A stretch of 64,000 nucleotides of DNA, taken from NCBI GenBank assembly GCA_963555755.3, contig OY820905.2:160001-224000 (forward strand), in the 5' to 3' direction. Under the pieces are notes generated by a model, which saw only the letters and a list, made by a program, of their open reading frames with translations, was not told where the DNA came from and did not search any database. Below are positions 39,607 through 50,935 of the stretch, one piece after another (position 1 is the stretch's first letter; each line of letters starts with the position of its first letter). The position numbers and the translations under genes were made by a program. The stretch comes from Nitrospirales bacterium. Lineage in GTDB: Bacteria; Nitrospirota; Nitrospiria; Nitrospirales; UBA8639.

Positions 39607-40590
39607 ATGTCGGAGGAGCATATGTCTGGTGATTTAAAAATGTTTCAGCCTGCCCCTGGTGGCGGGGAGGACTCGTGTACATACATGTGGGCATGCGCCA
39701 TATGCGATGAAAATGAGACCTGTCAAAAGGATAAAGAAGGTCATAGCAAATGGTTGGTGGCCAAGCGGATGGAACGGATCGATTACAAGATCCTGGTGAT
39801 GAGTAATAAAGGGGGAGTGGGCAAAAGCACGGTCTCCACGAACCTGGCCGTGAGTTTGGCGTTAAAAGGCTATGAAGTCGGCATTTGCGACATGGATATT
39901 CATGGTCCGAATATTCCAAAGATGGTGGGGGGTGAAGGGGAGCGCCTCAAAATTAGTACGGGGGGCGGAATCATTCCGTTTCAAGCGTACAACATGAAAA
40001 TTGCCTCGATGTCGTTTTTGCTTCAAAATTCTGATGATCCCATTATCTGGCGTGATGCGTATAAGTTTGAGTTTATCAATCAATTGCTTGGTGGCGTGGA
40101 ATGGCAAGATTTAAATTTTCTGATCGTGGATTTGCCGCCTGGCACGGGCAATGAATCGGTGACGACGATTGATTTAATTGGGGAAGTGACAGGTTGCGTG
40201 ATCGTGACGACTCCCCAGGAAGTCGCGCTCCTGGACGCCCGAAAATCAGTGACGTTTGCGAAGGATAGCGAGCTGCCCATTATTGGCATCGTTGAAAATA
40301 TGAGTGGTCTTGAATGCCCGCATTGCCATCAGCAAATTGAGGTGTTTCGGAAGGGTGGAGGCGAAGCCTCGGCGCATGATATGGGCGTACCATTCTTAGG
40401 AAGAATTCCGCTCGATCCCGACGTTGTTACACAAAGTGACTATGGTGAACCGTACGCCATGTTTTGCTCGGATTTACCTACCGCGGACGCCTTTCATGAA
40501 GTTGCGAATCGGGTAGATGACTTCTGTAAGAAGAAAGGTTCACTCGTGCAGATTGCAACGAAAAGCCCGTTCAAAAAAGTCACCAAATAA
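39607..40590 (+). CDS. mrp: Mrp/ApbC Fe-S cluster carrier ATPase
   Basis: KGGVGKST, DLPPGTG, VENMS..ECPHC; extra N-terminal Cys cluster. Confidence 0.92.
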   Translation: MSEEHMSGDLKMFQPAPGGGEDSCTYMWACAICDENETCQKDKEGHSKWLVAKRMERIDYKILVMSNKGGVGKSTVSTNLAVSLALKGYEVGICDMDIHGPNIPKMVGGEGERLKISTGGGIIPFQAYNMKIASMSFLLQNSDDPIIWRDAYKFEFINQLLGGVEWQDLNFLIVDLPPGTGNESVTTIDLIGEVTGCVIVTTPQEVALLDARKSVTFAKDSELPIIGIVENMSGLECPHCHQQIEVFRKGGGEASAHDMGVPFLGRIPLDPDVVTQSDYGEPYAMFCSDLPTADAFHEVANRVDDFCKKKGSLVQIATKSPFKKVTK

Positions 40591-40613
40591 TATTAGCAAG
40601 AGAAACGATTCTT

Positions 40614-41840
40614 ATGTCTGGTTTAACATTACTTCGTGACGCTCAGAACATTGTATTGGATGCAACCACCACCCTCGGCTGTGAAAAAGTGGGATTGCTG
40701 GATGCCTTAGGTCGCGTATTGGGCGAAGATATTATTGCCCCGCGTGCCAACCCGCCTTGGAATAATTCGGCTATGGATGGGTTTGCCGTCCGCTGGGAAG
40801 ACATTAAAAAGGAACATGAAATCACCAAGCCAGCGGAACTGACAATCATTGAAGATGTTCAGGCCGGACAAGTTGCGACCAAGATCGTGGGACCCGGTGA
40901 GGCCATTCGGATCATGACCGGCGCGCCGGTTCCTGATGGCGCGGATACCGTCGTGCGCGTGGAATATACGGAACCGTCTGAAAACGGTGTTCGTATTTTT
41001 CAGCCAGAACCGCAGGGAGCCAATATTCGTCTTAAGGGCGAAGACGTGATGGAAGGGGAGTGCATCATTCCCAAGGGCACGATCTTGCGGCCTGGCGAGA
41101 TTGGCATGTTGGCGATCCTGGCGAAATCGTTTGTGTTGGTGCATCAACGTCCTCGAGTTGCGATTCTGTCGACAGGGGATGAGCTGGCAGATCTCGACGA
41201 AAAATTCGACGAACATAAGATCGTCAACTCCAACAGTTACGGGATTGCAGCTGGTGTACAAGAAGCTGGTGGCATTCCCATCTTATTGGGAATTGCCAGA
41301 GACACACCGGAATCGCTCAAAGAGAAAATCTTACAAGGGCTAGGGTGCGACATTATCGTGTTATCCGGTGGCGTGTCGATGGGGGATTCTGATTTTACCA
41401 AGGTCGTCTTTGCCGAACTTGGCGCGGATATGCATTTTTGGAAATTGGCGATTCGACCGGGTCAGCCGTTGGCCTTTGGGAAGATTCAAGGAAAATTAGC
41501 GTTTGGTCTTCCAGGAAATCCGGTTTCCTCCATGGTGACCTTTGAACAGCTCGTTCGGGTGGCCATGATGAAAATGGGTGGGCATCGGAACCTTAAACGA
41601 CCGACGGTTGAAGCCGTGTTTAAAGAAAAGTTTTCTAAACAACCGGATCGGCGGCATTTCTTGCGCGGGATTCTGGCATATGAAGATGGACAACTCACGG
41701 TGAAAACTACGGGCCCTCAAGGATCCGGCATCTTGACCTCAATGGTCAAGGCCAACGGGCTCATCGATGTGGCTGAGGAAATCGAAAAGGTGAATCCCGG
41801 TGATACCGTCAAGGTCCAGGTGTTGAGTCGGATAACATAA
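40614..41840 (+). CDS. moeA: Molybdopterin molybdotransferase MoeA
   Basis: SAMDGFA, IMTGAP, STGDEL, SGGVSMGD, LPGNPVS. Confidence 0.96.
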   Translation: MSGLTLLRDAQNIVLDATTTLGCEKVGLLDALGRVLGEDIIAPRANPPWNNSAMDGFAVRWEDIKKEHEITKPAELTIIEDVQAGQVATKIVGPGEAIRIMTGAPVPDGADTVVRVEYTEPSENGVRIFQPEPQGANIRLKGEDVMEGECIIPKGTILRPGEIGMLAILAKSFVLVHQRPRVAILSTGDELADLDEKFDEHKIVNSNSYGIAAGVQEAGGIPILLGIARDTPESLKEKILQGLGCDIIVLSGGVSMGDSDFTKVVFAELGADMHFWKLAIRPGQPLAFGKIQGKLAFGLPGNPVSSMVTFEQLVRVAMMKMGGHRNLKRPTVEAVFKEKFSKQPDRRHFLRGILAYEDGQLTVKTTGPQGSGILTSMVKANGLIDVAEEIEKVNPGDTVKVQVLSRIT

Positions 41841-41924
41841 TACGCCTTGTGAATGTACCGAGAAGGTAGGCGGGCGCGATTATACCTTTCATTCATACTT
41901 TATAGTTCAAAAGAGTTTCGTATC

Positions 41925-42428
41925 ATGGCACCATCCATTCTTTGCTTTGCTGGCCGTTCGAATAGTGGAAAAACAACTCTCATCGAACGAGTGATTCCTG
42001 CATTGACCCGTGCGGGGTATCGCGTGGCGACCGTCAAACATGCGGGTCATGGTTTTGAGTTAGACACCGAAGGGAAAGATAGTTGGCGGCACAAACAGGC
42101 CGGGGCGAGCACGGTTATCGTGTTGTCAAAGGGCAGTATGGCCATGTTTGCCGATGTGTCCGAAGAAATGAAAATTGAAGAAGTACGTGATAGATTTTTG
42201 GATAGCCAAATTGACCTGATTATCGCCGAAGGGTGGAAGAGTGAAGGGTATCCCAAGATCGCAGTGGTTCGAGAAGACCTGAGTGAACTCAATACGTCGC
42301 TGGATGGGTTACTGGCAATCGTTTCGATGAAACCAATCACAGCCCCGGTTCCGTGTTTTGATCGGGACGATATTGAAGGAATTGCCGATCTGATTATACG
42401 CCACTATCCCAAACGTTCTTCTGCATAA
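41925..42428 (+). CDS. mobB: Molybdopterin-guanine dinucleotide biosynthesis protein B
   Basis: GRSNSGKTT, VKH..H.F..D..GKDSWRH..AGA. Confidence 0.93.
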   Translation: MAPSILCFAGRSNSGKTTLIERVIPALTRAGYRVATVKHAGHGFELDTEGKDSWRHKQAGASTVIVLSKGSMAMFADVSEEMKIEEVRDRFLDSQIDLIIAEGWKSEGYPKIAVVREDLSELNTSLDGLLAIVSMKPITAPVPCFDRDDIEGIADLIIRHYPKRSSA

Positions 42429-42431
42429 CAA

Positions 42432-43133
42432 ATGAGCCGCAGGACTCTAACCTTCCTGATGGTGGCAGTTGGTATCTTCGCCTTAGCTGGAACCGCAGCC
42501 ATTCCCCTGACCAACCATCCAGACTTTTGCGCCTCGTGTCATACCATCCGACCGTCCGTCGAAAGTTGGAGAACCTCATCACATAAAGACGTGACGTGTG
42601 TGGATTGCCACGTCCGACCGGGCCTTCATGGATTTATCGAAGACAAGGTTCTGGCCGGGCTTGGCGATGTTGCCATCACGGTCTTTGGTACGCCGACCGA
42701 ACCGCACAACCTGCAATCCCATGTGACCTCAGACGTGTGCATATCGTGTCATCGTGCTATCCTACGCGTGTCGGAAAAATCCCCTCGTGATTTGCCTCCG
42801 CCTGTCAAAGACGTGGGGCTGATCATGAGCCATCGAAAACACATGGATGTGTTTGCGAAACGAGGCCAAGGGGAAGGGTGCACTACGTGCCACAGTCGTG
42901 TCGTTCATGGCAAGCCAGTCAAAGGCTATCCGATTGTAATTCCTCGCGGGCATATTACGGTTGACTTGAAACCCCATTATCCGGATTATCCCGAAGGCTC
43001 CGTATTATGGAAGTCGGCCTTGGCTGATTGCGCGCGATGTCACGACGGCACATCCACGTATGCCGGGAAGGTGCTCAGCAAAAAATGCGAAACCTGTCAT
43101 CTTCCTGATAAGATTGGTGACTTCCTCTTTTAA
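42432..43133 (+). CDS. Membrane-anchored hexahaem cytochrome c (NapC/NirT-like N-terminus)
   Basis: Six CxxCH motifs: CASCH, CVDCH, CISCH, CTTCH, CARCH, CETCH. Confidence 0.88.
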   Translation: MSRRTLTFLMVAVGIFALAGTAAIPLTNHPDFCASCHTIRPSVESWRTSSHKDVTCVDCHVRPGLHGFIEDKVLAGLGDVAITVFGTPTEPHNLQSHVTSDVCISCHRAILRVSEKSPRDLPPPVKDVGLIMSHRKHMDVFAKRGQGEGCTTCHSRVVHGKPVKGYPIVIPRGHITVDLKPHYPDYPEGSVLWKSALADCARCHDGTSTYAGKVLSKKCETCHLPDKIGDFLF

Positions 43134-43153
43134 CTCAACGCGGCACACGATCC

Positions 43154-43882
43154 ATGTCCTCTCCAATAGTCGAAGTTCGACAGCTCACCAAACGCTTTGG
43201 CGATTTCACCGCCGTTGATCAAATCTCCTTTGAGATTCAACCAGGCGAGACTGTCGGACTCATCGGTCCCAATGGCGCTGGCAAAACCACGACCTTTCAA
43301 ATGCTGCTGACTGTGATGACGCCAACAGCGGGAACTATCCATATGTTTGGATTGGATCTCATGAAGCATCGGGAAACCATCCTCCGACAAGTCAATTTTT
43401 CTTCGACCTATATTTCGATGCCCTTTGCGTTAACCGTTGAAGAGAATCTCCGTGTGACGGGCAAATTATATAGCTTGCCAGATATCACTCTGCGAATCGA
43501 TGATGTCGTAAAAAAACTTGAAATGGACGACATGCGGCATAAGCTCACTCGCAAGCTGTCATCAGGCCAAATGACGCTGCTCACCTTAGCTAAAGCCGTG
43601 TTGACCGAACCGAAAATCTTATTTTTAGATGAACCCACGGCAAGCCTTGATCCTGACATTGCGCACAAGATCAAGGCCTTTCTCAAAGAATACCGAGATG
43701 CGTCTGGATTGAGCATGTTGTACACCTCACACAACATGCGAGAAATGGAAGAAATGTCCGATCGAATAATTTTTCTGCAACATGGAAAAATCGTGGCACA
43801 AGGCACGGCAAAAGAAGTGATTGACCAGTATGGGCAAGGCGACCTTGAACAGGTCTTTTTGAAAATCGCACGGGACCGATAA
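43154..43882 (+). CDS. ABC exporter ATP-binding protein
   Basis: GPNGAGKTT, LSSGQ, LDEPT. Confidence 0.93.
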   Translation: MSSPIVEVRQLTKRFGDFTAVDQISFEIQPGETVGLIGPNGAGKTTTFQMLLTVMTPTAGTIHMFGLDLMKHRETILRQVNFSSTYISMPFALTVEENLRVTGKLYSLPDITLRIDDVVKKLEMDDMRHKLTRKLSSGQMTLLTLAKAVLTEPKILFLDEPTASLDPDIAHKIKAFLKEYRDASGLSMLYTSHNMREMEEMSDRIIFLQHGKIVAQGTAKEVIDQYGQGDLEQVFLKIARDR

Positions 43883-43899
43883 AGATTCCCTACCTTGAA

Positions 43900-44062
43900 C
43901 CTAGAAACAGCAATTGGATCACAAAAGTCCGCGCAAGCTCTTGGCGCACCTGATAAAATACAAAAATGTCTTATCACCACCGAGGTGACTACGACTTTTT
44001 GTATTTCACCATGCACACCAATATCTTACACGGCTTTTTTGCGCCCAACTGCCGTTTCTAGG
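43900..44062. mobile_element. MITE family C (163 bp, reverse orientation)
   Basis: TTGAA TSD at 43895-43899 and 44063-44067. Confidence 0.92.
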
Positions 44063-44080
44063 TTGAATCATCCGCAAAAT

Positions 44081-44128
44081 TTTATCCCTCGCCCCCTTGG
44101 GGGAGAGGGTAGGGTGAGGGGATAGAAA
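44081..44128. repeat. REP-like palindrome
   Basis: TATCCCTCGCCCCCTTGGGGGAGAGGGTAGGGTGAGGGGATA, a widespread CCCTC.CCC..GGGAGAGGG type. Confidence 0.65.
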
Positions 44129-44180
44129 CGTATTTTGCCTTCATTTCAATGCTGACGAATCCACAGAAATTAAATACAAT

Positions 44181-44972
44181 ATGAATTTCAGTCGCGTCAC
44201 AGCACTCATCACCAGACATCTTTATCTGTACCGAAGGAGTTTACCAAGACTATTGGAAATCTTCTATTGGCCGTTGCTCGATTTAGTGGTGTGGGGATTC
44301 ATCACCATGTACCTTGCGCAAGGAGGAAACGAGCTGCATGGAGCCGTCACGTTTTTCTTAGGCGCGCTTATCTTTTGGGATATTCTGTTTCGCGCGCAAC
44401 AAGGGGTGACCATATCGTTCCTAGAAGAAATCTGGTCTCGAAACCTTATGAACCTTTTTGCCAGCCCGCTTACGGCCGGTGAGTTCCTCGCAGCGACAAT
44501 GGTGATGAGCGTGTTTAAAGTCGCCGCGGTCTCGGTCATCATGGCGTGTTCAGCGCTATTCTTTTATTCCTACGATGTGTTTATCATGGGACTGACTCTC
44601 ATCCCTTTTGTGTTTAATTTGATTGCCGCCGGCTGGATCATTGGCATTCTGACTATGTCCGTGATTATGCGATTTGGTCAACAAGCCGAAGTTCTGGCGT
44701 GGGGGTTAGTCTTTCTCTTCCAACCAATTTCCTGTGTCTTCTATCCAGTGTCTGTTCTTCCCAATTGGCTTCAACCAGTGGCCTTGGCGAATCCCGCGGC
44801 TCACGTTTTTGAAGGTATGCGTGATGTGTTGCTCAATCAAATAATTCCTTGGGAACATCTAGGGTGGGCGACTGGTCTGAATGGCCTGTATCTCCTTCTC
44901 ATGATTGCCATCTATCAGTATACCTTTTCCGTATGCAAAGAGAACGGCATGTTAGTTCGTGTGGGAGAGTAG
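44181..44972 (+). CDS. ABC-2 type permease
   Basis: Six TM segments, EEIWSRNL.NLF..PL, FYPVSVLP.WLQ. Confidence 0.9.
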   Translation: MNFSRVTALITRHLYLYRRSLPRLLEIFYWPLLDLVVWGFITMYLAQGGNELHGAVTFFLGALIFWDILFRAQQGVTISFLEEIWSRNLMNLFASPLTAGEFLAATMVMSVFKVAAVSVIMACSALFFYSYDVFIMGLTLIPFVFNLIAAGWIIGILTMSVIMRFGQQAEVLAWGLVFLFQPISCVFYPVSVLPNWLQPVALANPAAHVFEGMRDVLLNQIIPWEHLGWATGLNGLYLLLMIAIYQYTFSVCKENGMLVRVGE

Positions 44973-44980
44973 AATCTTAA

Positions 44981-45160
44981 GGACCTGAGAGAAAATAACT
45001 TGATCAATCTCGCATCCAATCTTCAGGCCATCTTTGAACGGGCCTTAATCGAAAAACCCTCAACATAGCTGTGCTATGCCTCGCGTTTTTCTCAATCGTT
45101 CCGTCCAAATCTAACCCAAATCTTGGCGCGAAATTGTTCAAGTTATTTTCTCTCAGGTCC
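44981..45160. mobile_element. MITE family D (180 bp) between convergent genes
   Basis: TAA TSD at 44978-44980 and 45161-45163; overlaps the ureD stop codon. Confidence 0.92.
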
Positions 45161-46071
45161 TAATAGCGGCGTAAGGTGGGAAGCGCGGTTCCCCATAGGT
45201 TCATTCGCACGACACTCCACAATTCTTCCCATACGGTATTCAATTCGGGAGCAGAGCGCGTCACGACTTTGACAACCAATCCCGGAAGGGAAGTTTCTGA
45301 TACTCCTCCTAAGACTTGACGGGAGTTTCTCTCGATCACGGTTACTAATTCTTCTTTGGTTTGGTCCCAAGTTGAAGAGGGGAACTTGTCGCTCACGATG
45401 AAAAGGGATCCGACATAGTTCCAATTCTGCTCAAACGTCAAAGAGAGTGTGTCTTGGGTTGGGGCAAGGGCATACCGTTCTTCAAGCGATTTTCCATCCG
45501 AAAGCGTGATCTTGATCTGATTCGAGAAATGGGAAAAGGCCCACCGTTCTCCTCGGGCAACTCGTCCAGCCGCCAAGGCATCCCAAAGGATAAGAGAAGC
45601 CCCTGCATCGAGCCGCACGGTTATCGTTTGGTCAAAATGCGAACTTGCAAAAGGAATCGTGAGTTCAGGCACCCATTCGAGAATGGCGTTGGGACCGACG
45701 CTCACATCAATCGATTGGACCGCCGGGCTCTGAAGAGTACGATAGATCTTTGTTGCGGAAGGTGTGGTGAAAAGAACGTGTGTATCTTCTCGCAGCTTCG
45801 CTACCAGAGAAAGATCATCTCCTCCCAGGAAACCCCCAGAGGGGTTGGTAAAGAATGTTGTGGCGCATCCCGTGTCATCGAGATACAGGGGAGGAAAGGA
45901 ATACCAAGGATGAGAAAATCGCGAATGGGTGAGGACGGTCTTGCCATCCCGCTTGGCGTATTCTAAGGAAAGTTCACTCTTTTGGCGTTGGGGGGCAATT
46001 TGATCGGGGGATGGCCATCCCTGGAATCCCTGACGAATTTTTGTAGAATTCAGAGTTTGTTGTTGAGACAT
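45160..46071 (-). CDS. ureD: Urease accessory protein UreD
   Basis: NPSGGFLGGD, TTPSATKIYR, GRVARGERW. Confidence 0.93.
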   Translation of the reverse strand: MSQQQTLNSTKIRQGFQGWPSPDQIAPQRQKSELSLEYAKRDGKTVLTHSRFSHPWYSFPPLYLDDTGCATTFFTNPSGGFLGGDDLSLVAKLREDTHVLFTTPSATKIYRTLQSPAVQSIDVSVGPNAILEWVPELTIPFASSHFDQTITVRLDAGASLILWDALAAGRVARGERWAFSHFSNQIKITLSDGKSLEERYALAPTQDTLSLTFEQNWNYVGSLFIVSDKFPSSTWDQTKEELVTVIERNSRQVLGGVSETSLPGLVVKVVTRSAPELNTVWEELWSVVRMNLWGTALPTLRRY

Positions 46072-46077
46072 AAGCTG

Positions 46078-46746
46078 TCAAATTTTTGGTCGCGGTCGCA
46101 TTTGTTGTTCCACCCATTCTGCCACCTGGTCGAGTCCTTCACCCGAAAGCAGGTTAGTAAAGATAAAGGGCCTTTCTCCCCTCATGCGCCGACTATCCCG
46201 ATCCATAATTGATAGGTCCGCACCCACATATGGGGCCAGGTCGATTTTATTAATCACGAGGAGCCCCGATCGTGTGATCGCTGGCCCACCCTTCCGCGGA
46301 ATTTTATCGCCTGCAGCGACATCAATGACATAGATGACCTCATCCACAAGTTCAGGACTAAAGGTGGCCGCTAGATTATCCCCACCGCTTTCTAAAAAGA
46401 CTAACTCCAAATTCGGTACGCGGTTAATCAGTTCCCCAATAGCGTCTTGGTTATGAGAGGCATCTTCTCGGATCGCCGTGTGAGGGCAGCCACCGGTTTC
46501 GACACCCAGAATTCGTTCAGAAGGTAACACGCCCCGTCGAGTCAGAAACTCGGCATCTTCCTTGGTGAAAATATCGTTGGTGACGACAGCGAGTTGAATG
46601 CGGGATTGAAGAGTCCGAGACAAGGCCTCGACTAAAGCCGTCTTGCCAGAACCTACAGGTCCTCCGACTCCGATAACAGTGACATTCGTGTGTTGTGTTC
46701 GTGTAACGGGCTCTCCGCCCCCGAGTAGATGTTCGACGATATGCAT
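46078..46746 (-). CDS. ureG: Urease accessory GTPase UreG
   Basis: [28 protein letters not shown]. Confidence 0.97.
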   Translation of the reverse strand: MHIVEHLLGGGEPVTRTQHTNVTVIGVGGPVGSGKTALVEALSRTLQSRIQLAVVTNDIFTKEDAEFLTRRGVLPSERILGVETGGCPHTAIREDASHNQDAIGELINRVPNLELVFLESGGDNLAATFSPELVDEVIYVIDVAAGDKIPRKGGPAITRSGLLVINKIDLAPYVGADLSIMDRDSRRMRGERPFIFTNLLSGEGLDQVAEWVEQQMRPRPKI

Positions 46747-46751
46747 AGTGG

Positions 46752-47438
46752 TTATGACCTAAACATTCTAGTGGTTAATTGTGAATGCCGCATGGCATAA
46801 ATTTCTTGGATCGGAGCCCAAGACATCATGGGGGTGTGGACATCAATAGTCTGGCTAAGTTCCACCATGAGAGGTGTCCACTTTTCCAATAATCGTTGAC
46901 CTTCTCGCTGCCCAATGGGAAGGAGTTTATACGAGGCCGACACAAAGCCGACTCCGGCTTGATACAGAAATCCGGCAATGGCGTGTTGCTGACTCCATCC
47001 GATACCTTGAAACATCACTCCGAGGACCACGGCCAAATGCCCGGGTGAATGTCCTGCATCAATGGCCTCTCGAAACGCTGTAAGGATTCCTTGCGTGTCG
47101 TGTGGCTGAGCCGCATTTTGTAACAGGCTGCGTCCCATTTGGCGACTGGCCGCGCGGGTTTCCCGGCACAATTTCATGGACTCAAGTGTCTTATCCGTTT
47201 TTAGCACGCTATCAAGATTTCCTACAGTGGAGGCGTGATGGGCTTGGGCCAGTGCAACCGCCTCACATTTGCCCATTCCCCACCACAAATAATCGGCGAC
47301 ATATCGATTGAGGTCTTCTGATGTTTGGACATTTCCTTCCTGAACGGCTGTTTCCAAACCCGCGGAATAGGCAAATCCCCCCGATGGGAAAAACGTATCG
47401 ATATATCGGAAACCTTGAAGGAGGGAACACGTATCCAT
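46752..47438 (-). CDS. ureF: Urease accessory protein UreF
   Basis: [14 protein letters not shown]-terminal RH....RMFRS. Confidence 0.93.
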   Translation of the reverse strand: MDTCSLLQGFRYIDTFFPSGGFAYSAGLETAVQEGNVQTSEDLNRYVADYLWWGMGKCEAVALAQAHHASTVGNLDSVLKTDKTLESMKLCRETRAASRQMGRSLLQNAAQPHDTQGILTAFREAIDAGHSPGHLAVVLGVMFQGIGWSQQHAIAGFLYQAGVGFVSASYKLLPIGQREGQRLLEKWTPLMVELSQTIDVHTPMMSWAPIQEIYAMRHSQLTTRMFRS

Positions 47439-47455
47439 AAATCCTTGAGGAAAAA

Positions 47456-49183
47456 TTAGAAAAGAAAATAACGCTGGGCCATCGGCAAAATGGCCATGGG
47501 CTCACAGGTCAAATGTTGGCCGTCAGCCTTGACGACATAGGTTTCAGGATCTACTTCCATGTGGGGAAGTGCATCATTTAGTTTTAAATCACGTTTGCCA
47601 ATGTTTCGACAATTTTGAACGGCCACCACACGTTTTTGTAAACCCAAACTGGTGTGGATCTTCCGCTCGATCCCTGCTTGGGACAGAAAGGTTACGCTGG
47701 TGGTGAACGGGGCCCGTCCAAACGCGCCAAACATCGCGCGACTCAAAACCGGTTGAGGTGTAGGAATAGAGGCATTGGGATCGCCCATGGCCGCTTCAAC
47801 GATAAAGCCTCCCTTCATGATGAGGTCAGGCTTTACTCCAAAAAAAGCTGGGTTCCACAACACGAGGTCGGCTAATTTTCCGGCTTCCACTGATCCTACT
47901 TCATGCGCAATGCCATGGGTGATCGCCGGATTAATCGTGTATTTGGCAACGTATCGCTTTGCACGGAAATTATCATTGCTGTCTGGTGATAGCTGGATGC
48001 CTGATGGATTCAGATGCCCCCGTTGGACTTTCATCTTATGGGCGGTTTGCCAGGTTCGGGTAATCACTTCGCCAATTCGTCCCATGGCTTGCGAGTCTGA
48101 AGACATGATGCTGATCGCGCCCATGTCGTGAAGAATGTCCTCGGCGGCAATGGTTTCCCCACGAATGCGTGATTCGGCAAACGCAATGTCTTCCGGTACA
48201 CGCGGGCTTAAATGGTGACAGACCATCAACATATCCAGATGTTCGTCGATGGTATTGACGGTAAACGGCATGCTTGGGTTGGTTGAGGACGGCAAGACAT
48301 TCGACTCCCCACACACGCGAATGATATCCGGGGCATGTCCCCCTCCCGCACCCTCCGTGTGAAAGGTGTGAATGGTTCGTCCGCCAAACGCGCGAATCGT
48401 GTCCTCCACAAATCCTGCCTCATTTAAGGTGTCGGTATGAATGGCGACTTGCACATCATATTGATCAGCAACATCCAAGCAGGTTGAGATGGCTGCTGGT
48501 GTGGTGCCCCAATCTTCATGCAACTTCAGGCCAATCGCACCGGCTTCAACTTGTTCGACCAATGCTTCCGGAAGAGACGCATTGCCTTTTCCCATAAACC
48601 CAAGGTTGATAGGGAATCCATCAGCTGCTTCTAACATCCGGCCAATATTCCAAGCGCCTGGTGTACAAGTCGTGGCATTTGTTCCGGTAGCCGGGCCCGT
48701 TCCACCACCCAGCAAGGTGGTCATGCCTGAGGACAAGGCTTCGGGAACCAATTGCGGACAAATGAAATGCACGTGACTTTCCACACCGCCTGCCGTCACA
48801 ATTTTTCCTTCCCCGGCGATGACTTCAGTTCCGGGCCCGATCTCCATCCGTGGTGTGACACCATCCATCAAGTCCGGGTTCCCGGATTTCCCGATCCCCA
48901 CAATTCGCCCATCTCGAATGCCAATATCCGCTTTGACGATGCCCCAATAGTCGAGAATCACGGCATTCGTCACGACCACATCCAAGGAACCCTTGGCGCG
49001 TGTGGCGGTGGGGGATTGTCCCATCCCATCCCGAATCACCTTGCCTCCGCCGAACTTGGCCTCTTCACCTGGCGTAGTAAAATCTTGTTCGACTTCCACG
49101 ATGAGCTCGGTGTCCGCGAGGCGAATACGATCTCCAGTCGTCGGGCCATACAAGTCCACGTATTGACGGCGAGACAATTTCAT
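47456..49183 (-). CDS. ureC: Urease subunit alpha
   Basis: [35 protein letters not shown]. Confidence 0.98.
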   Translation of the reverse strand: MKLSRRQYVDLYGPTTGDRIRLADTELIVEVEQDFTTPGEEAKFGGGKVIRDGMGQSPTATRAKGSLDVVVTNAVILDYWGIVKADIGIRDGRIVGIGKSGNPDLMDGVTPRMEIGPGTEVIAGEGKIVTAGGVESHVHFICPQLVPEALSSGMTTLLGGGTGPATGTNATTCTPGAWNIGRMLEAADGFPINLGFMGKGNASLPEALVEQVEAGAIGLKLHEDWGTTPAAISTCLDVADQYDVQVAIHTDTLNEAGFVEDTIRAFGGRTIHTFHTEGAGGGHAPDIIRVCGESNVLPSSTNPSMPFTVNTIDEHLDMLMVCHHLSPRVPEDIAFAESRIRGETIAAEDILHDMGAISIMSSDSQAMGRIGEVITRTWQTAHKMKVQRGHLNPSGIQLSPDSNDNFRAKRYVAKYTINPAITHGIAHEVGSVEAGKLADLVLWNPAFFGVKPDLIMKGGFIVEAAMGDPNASIPTPQPVLSRAMFGAFGRAPFTTSVTFLSQAGIERKIHTSLGLQKRVVAVQNCRNIGKRDLKLNDALPHMEVDPETYVVKADGQHLTCEPMAILPMAQRYFLF

Positions 49184-49593
49184 GAGCCTATTCCTTCACC
49201 AATAAACCCTTGTTCAGCAGCCCGCGTGAGGGCTTGAGCCTTGACCTTGTCATCATCGAGTGACCCATTGGTCAATCCATTTATTCCATAAGCAATTCGG
49301 TTTCCTCCAAAGGCCACAAGGGAAACCCGTTTCTCTTCTCCTGGTTCAAATCTGACAGCGGTGCCTGAGGGGATTTTCAATCGAAAGCCAAAGGCCTGTT
49401 CTCGATCAAATCGCAATGAACGATTTACTTCAAAAAAATGGCAATGGGATCCGACCTGAATGGGCCGATCACCATGATTGGCCACTGTCAGCTCAACGGT
49501 AGCCCGACCTTCAAACGCCACGATGTCCTGTTCGGCCAACAGGAATTCGCCTGGAATGATAGGGGGGTGTTCATTTGGGTTTTTAGACATCAT
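49180..49593 (-). CDS. ureB: Urease subunit beta
   Basis: [23 protein letters not shown]. Confidence 0.97.
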   Translation of the reverse strand: MMSKNPNEHPPIIPGEFLLAEQDIVAFEGRATVELTVANHGDRPIQVGSHCHFFEVNRSLRFDREQAFGFRLKIPSGTAVRFEPGEEKRVSLVAFGGNRIAYGINGLTNGSLDDDKVKAQALTRAAEQGFIGEGIGS

Positions 49594-49725
49594 TTGCTCT
49601 CCTCAACTGAAAAGTCGTCACGCGTGATCCGTGGATGAAATGTACACGACTAGACTAGATGTTATCCGTTAGCCTCTATCTTGAGACGTTTGAGTTTGGA
49701 AAGTTGAAGGGTGGCCTTTGGAGCA

Positions 49726-49829
49726 TTGTCTCGTCATTCCCGCCAGTTGTTAGCGGGAATCCATCTTGCATTTCCAACGATAGTGGGAAAAGATGGATCC
49801 CCGCTAACAACCGCGAGGATGACAGACAA
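49726..49829. repeat. REPIN-like inverted REP pair
   Basis: GTCATTCCCGC-N-GCGGGAATCCA...TGGATCCCCGC-N-GCGAGGATGAC; homolog at 54628. Confidence 0.8.
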
Positions 49830-49917
49830 AGATGGGGACCGACTTCCTTCACCATTTTTAAAAAACTAATTCACCTCTTGCCCTTCGCTTCACGCTTTAC
49901 GCATAACGCTTCACGTC

Positions 49918-50220
49918 TTACCTGATTGGTTCGTGAACAGTGACCAGCTTTGTTCCATCGGGGAAGGTCCCTTCCACTTGGATTTCTGGCAACATCTCTG
50001 GCACACCGGGCATGACATCATTCCTGGTCAAAAGCGTCGCTCCATAACTCATCAAGTCGGACACGGAGCGGCCATCTCGAATCCCTTCTAATATCGCGGC
50101 GGTGATATACGCCAAGGCTTCGGGGTGATTGAGTTTCAGCCCACGGTTTTTCCGATCATTGGCGAGTTGAGCCGCGACGTAGATGAGTAATTTTTCTTGT
50201 TCTCTCGGGCTAAGATGCAT
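49918..50220 (-). CDS. ureA: Urease subunit gamma
   Basis: [28 protein letters not shown]. Confidence 0.97.
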   Translation of the reverse strand: MHLSPREQEKLLIYVAAQLANDRKNRGLKLNHPEALAYITAAILEGIRDGRSVSDLMSYGATLLTRNDVMPGVPEMLPEIQVEGTFPDGTKLVTVHEPIR

Positions 50221-50224
50221 AACG

Positions 50225-50935
50225 TCACACAACCAGGTGTTGTTTAACCTGTTCCTCTGTTAATTCCGATGCAGGGCCCGATGCCACCACGCATCCCTTG
50301 GCCATCAGTACGAAGGTATCTGCTAATCGAGCGGCAAATTCAAAGTATTGTTCGACCAATAAAATGGCGAATCGTCGTTGGGATTTAAAACCTTCAATGA
50401 CTCGTTCGATTTCCATGACAATCGACGGTTGAATGCCTTCCGTAGGTTCGTCCAATAACAAAAGTCTGGGTTGAGTCAGCAGGGCGCGTCCAATCGCCAC
50501 CTGTTGCTGTTCTCCGCCGCTCAGGACCCCTCCGGGCCGGGCCAGCAGTGCGGGCAAGGCCGGGAAAAGCGTGTAAATTTCTTCATAGGCCAATTCAGCG
50601 GTTTTTTGGTCTTTCGAACCCTGGCGGGCTTCAAACCCCAATCTCAAATTTTCTTCCACACTCAGATGCGGAAATAATTCACGACCTTGGGGAACATACG
50701 CGATACCTTGTGCGACCCGTCGATCCGGTGATTGTTTGGTGGCCTCTTTGTCGTTGAGGTAAATGTGTCCAGCCTGAGGTTTGAGCAACCCCATGATGGT
50801 TTTTAATAGGGTAGTTTTCCCCACTCCATTTCGACCCATGAGGCAGACGACCTGTCCTTCCTGCACTTCCATGGAAATGTCCCGGAGGATATGGCTTTCA
50901 CCATAAAAGACATTCAGATTCTCACACCGGAGCAT
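50225..50935 (-). CDS. urtE: Urea ABC transporter ATPase UrtE
   Basis: [26 protein letters not shown]. Confidence 0.95.
   Translation of the reverse strand: MLRCENLNVFYGESHILRDISMEVQEGQVVCLMGRNGVGKTTLLKTIMGLLKPQAGHIYLNDKEATKQSPDRRVAQGIAYVPQGRELFPHLSVEENLRLGFEARQGSKDQKTAELAYEEIYTLFPALPALLARPGGVLSGGEQQQVAIGRALLTQPRLLLLDEPTEGIQPSIVMEIERVIEGFKSQRRFAILLVEQYFEFAARLADTFVLMAKGCVVASGPASELTEEQVKQHLVV

Noticed and set aside
45160..50220. Missing ureE as a sign of a defective urease cluster
   Set aside because: Lack of ureE is known in ureolytic Nitrospira, and all other subunits are intact
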